A stretch of DNA of 64,000 bases from a candidate division FCPU426 bacterium. Its GTDB lineage: Bacteria; Oederibacteriota; JAAXVQ01; JAUVAV01. The position numbers and the translations under genes were made by a program. A model generated the notes under the pieces. That model saw nothing but the letters and a program-made list of their open reading frames with translations, searched no databases and was not told the DNA's origin. Where the stretch lies: contig JBFLYH010000001.1 of the NCBI GenBank assembly GCA_040756875.1, forward strand, positions 384,001 to 448,000. The letters are read 5' to 3'. This document shows, piece by piece, positions 61,981 through 64,000 of this stretch. Position 1 is the stretch's first letter. Each line of letters starts with the position of its first letter.

Positions 61981-64000
61981 GTGAAAAAAATAGCCTCGGC
62001 AGGCTGGCTATTCAGCCTGCCGTTTCTCTTTTGCGGATCTCCCGCCCAAAGTGCAACCTTTTCCGAGGATTTCGACACCACGGTATACGAGGATTCGGCC
62101 AACACCACGGCTGACTGGAACACCGGCGCCAGCCGGGTGCAATTACTACCCACCTATTCCTTCACACAGCCAACCGGCATCGCCAACTGGGGCGGGCAGA
62201 TCAATACCGTTGCTACGAACGGCGCCAATTTCCTCATCGGCGGCGACGGCGCCAAACTCAACCTGTACGACGGCTCCTCCAGCACCGCGCTTTCCAACAC
62301 CCTGGTGGGATACGCCGGCAACAATATCCGCGCCATTGCCTGGGGTGTCAATTCACAATGGTTTATCGCGGGTAACAACGCCAAGCTCAACGCCTATAAC
62401 GGGAATTTTGCGGTGGACCTGTCCAACAGCCTGACCGGCTGGGGCACCAACAACATCTTAACAATAGGTTACGGCGGCGGTAGCACGGAAAATTTCTGGC
62501 TTTTTGGCGGCGGCAGCTCCAATGTCGGCAAGCTGACTAAATATAACGGCACGAGTTTTTCCAATTTGGAAAGCACTTCCGGCTTTTTTGGCAATACCTA
62601 TACGGTGTACAGTTTGGCTTTCAATGGCAGCGGCTGGCTGATCGGCGGTAACAGCGGGCGGTTGTCCTATTACAGCGGAGGCGCGTTTACCGACCTGTCA
62701 TTCCGCCTTTCGGGCTCCGGAGCGGGCGAAGGCAATTTTGGGAATAACATTGTCTACAGCATCGGTTGGGACAGTGTCAACAGCCGCTGGCTGATCGGCG
62801 GCTCGGGCGGCAAGCTGGCTGCCTACAACGGCACCTCCTTCTCTGATCTATCAAGTTCGGTCTCCACCTTTAATAATATCTATTCCCTCAGTCACAATGG
62901 AAGTTACTGGCTGCTGGTGGGCAATGACACCAGCGGCGCCACGGAATGCTATTCGTACGACAATTCCACATTTCGCGATCTGTCGGCGAACTTGATCGGT
63001 ATGGGCAGCAGCCTTCCTTTGTATACCGTGGCCGGCCATTCCACGCTGTGGTTGCTGGGCGGGGCCCAAGCCAAGCTCAACGATCATACCGGCGGCGCAA
63101 CATCCACGGTTTTCAACGATCGTTCCAACCGGCTCGCGGATTTCGGCACCAAGCATATCCTGGCTTGTGCCTACAACAGCACATTCGGCTACTGGCTGGT
63201 GGGCGGTGCGGACAAACGCCTGAACCGCTACAACGGCGTGTTCTTTACCGATATCTCCAGCGACCTGGCTGGCTACAGTTCGACTGACGACGTGTTGTCC
63301 ATCGATTGCAACGGCACTTATTGGCTGATTGGTGGAACCGGAGGCCGGCTCACCCGTTATAACGGTACGGGTACGGATTTGTCATCTTCGCTTGGATTCG
63401 GAAGCAATGCGGTCTATGCCATCAAATGGGATGCCGCGGACAGCTTGTGGATGATCGGCGGGGAAGGGCCGAGTTTGAAAACATACAATGGCGCCAGTTT
63501 TTCCGCCAGTCTAACGGGTTCCATGGTGAATTTTACGGGCACGGTCCGGGGCATCAGCTATTCGGGCGGCTGGTGGATCATCGGCGGCACGAATGCCTCG
63601 ATCAACCGCTACAATGGGTCGAGTTTCAGCGATCTCTCTTCGGGCTGGGGAACCGGCGACATTTACACTATCGGAACAAATGACAGCTACTTCCTGATCG
63701 GCGGCGCTTCGGCCAAGGTGAGGCAGTTGTATCCCGTCGTATGGAGTTTCGTCGGTGTTTCGCTCACGAGTTTCACCGGGGCCGACGTGCGCAGCCTGGC
63801 CTACAGTCCGGCCTTTGGATATTGGATGATCGGCGGGACTTCGGCCCGGTTGAACCGTTATAACGGCACTTCCACTTCCGATGAATCCGGCAATCTGATT
63901 GAATTCGGCAATTCGAACATCAACACCCTGGGCTGGGGCAGCGATCATTGGCTGTTCGGCGGGGACGACGCGCGCATCAACAAATACGGTCCTACCTATA
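61981..64000 (+). CDS. Secreted beta-propeller repeat protein; 3'-truncated, absent from the ORF track
   Basis: GAGGGG RBS, then GTG start and MKKIASAGWLFSLPFLFCGSPAQS signal peptide. The frame is open to the window end and has 14 repeats of about 45 aa (I..I...W(L/M)IGG...L..YNG..F.DLS). Confidence 0.9.
   Translation, partial: MKKIASAGWLFSLPFLFCGSPAQSATFSEDFDTTVYEDSANTTADWNTGASRVQLLPTYSFTQPTGIANWGGQINTVATNGANFLIGGDGAKLNLYDGSSSTALSNTLVGYAGNNIRAIAWGVNSQWFIAGNNAKLNAYNGNFAVDLSNSLTGWGTNNILTIGYGGGSTENFWLFGGGSSNVGKLTKYNGTSFSNLESTSGFFGNTYTVYSLAFNGSGWLIGGNSGRLSYYSGGAFTDLSFRLSGSGAGEGNFGNNIVYSIGWDSVNSRWLIGGSGGKLAAYNGTSFSDLSSSVSTFNNIYSLSHNGSYWLLVGNDTSGATECYSYDNSTFRDLSANLIGMGSSLPLYTVAGHSTLWLLGGAQAKLNDHTGGATSTVFNDRSNRLADFGTKHILACAYNSTFGYWLVGGADKRLNRYNGVFFTDISSDLAGYSSTDDVLSIDCNGTYWLIGGTGGRLTRYNGTGTDLSSSLGFGSNAVYAIKWDAADSLWMIGGEGPSLKTYNGASFSASLTGSMVNFTGTVRGISYSGGWWIIGGTNASINRYNGSSFSDLSSGWGTGDIYTIGTNDSYFLIGGASAKVRQLYPVVWSFVGVSLTSFTGADVRSLAYSPAFGYWMIGGTSARLNRYNGTSTSDESGNLIEFGNSNINTLGWGSDHWLFGGDDARINKYGPTY

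Overview
GC-rich diderm bacterial chromosome segment. The first 29 kb is one uninterrupted reading frame that is open to the window edge (>9,640 aa, N-terminus upstream). It reads as a modular, multi-pass membrane protein. Its domains include three SidJ-like pseudokinase/glutamylase domains, two class I methyltransferase-like domains (one CheR-like), a GNAT domain, duplicated tandem-HTH blocks and an exact 4x114-aa repeat. These are punctuated by four CPBP/Abi-like membrane modules (E...F/YxxxH...HxxxN) and by degenerate zincin-like HE motifs. This possible self-processing 'polyprotein' is the most striking element. Downstream lie housekeeping genes (carA, carB, gltB, gltD) and an orphan duplicated gltD 3' end. 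Next come a deaminase, an ABC/LolA-like/outer-membrane cluster, a MenA-like prenyltransferase and small redox-type genes. The right arm encodes envelope/secreted proteins: T9SS-like C-terminal-domain proteins, a PorV-like barrel, a GH99-like hydrolase and an unlisted 14-blade beta-propeller gene running off the right edge. Several REP-like palindromes and a 9-bp-period repeat family sit in intergenic spaces. All domain calls are by-eye motif recognition; no searches were run.
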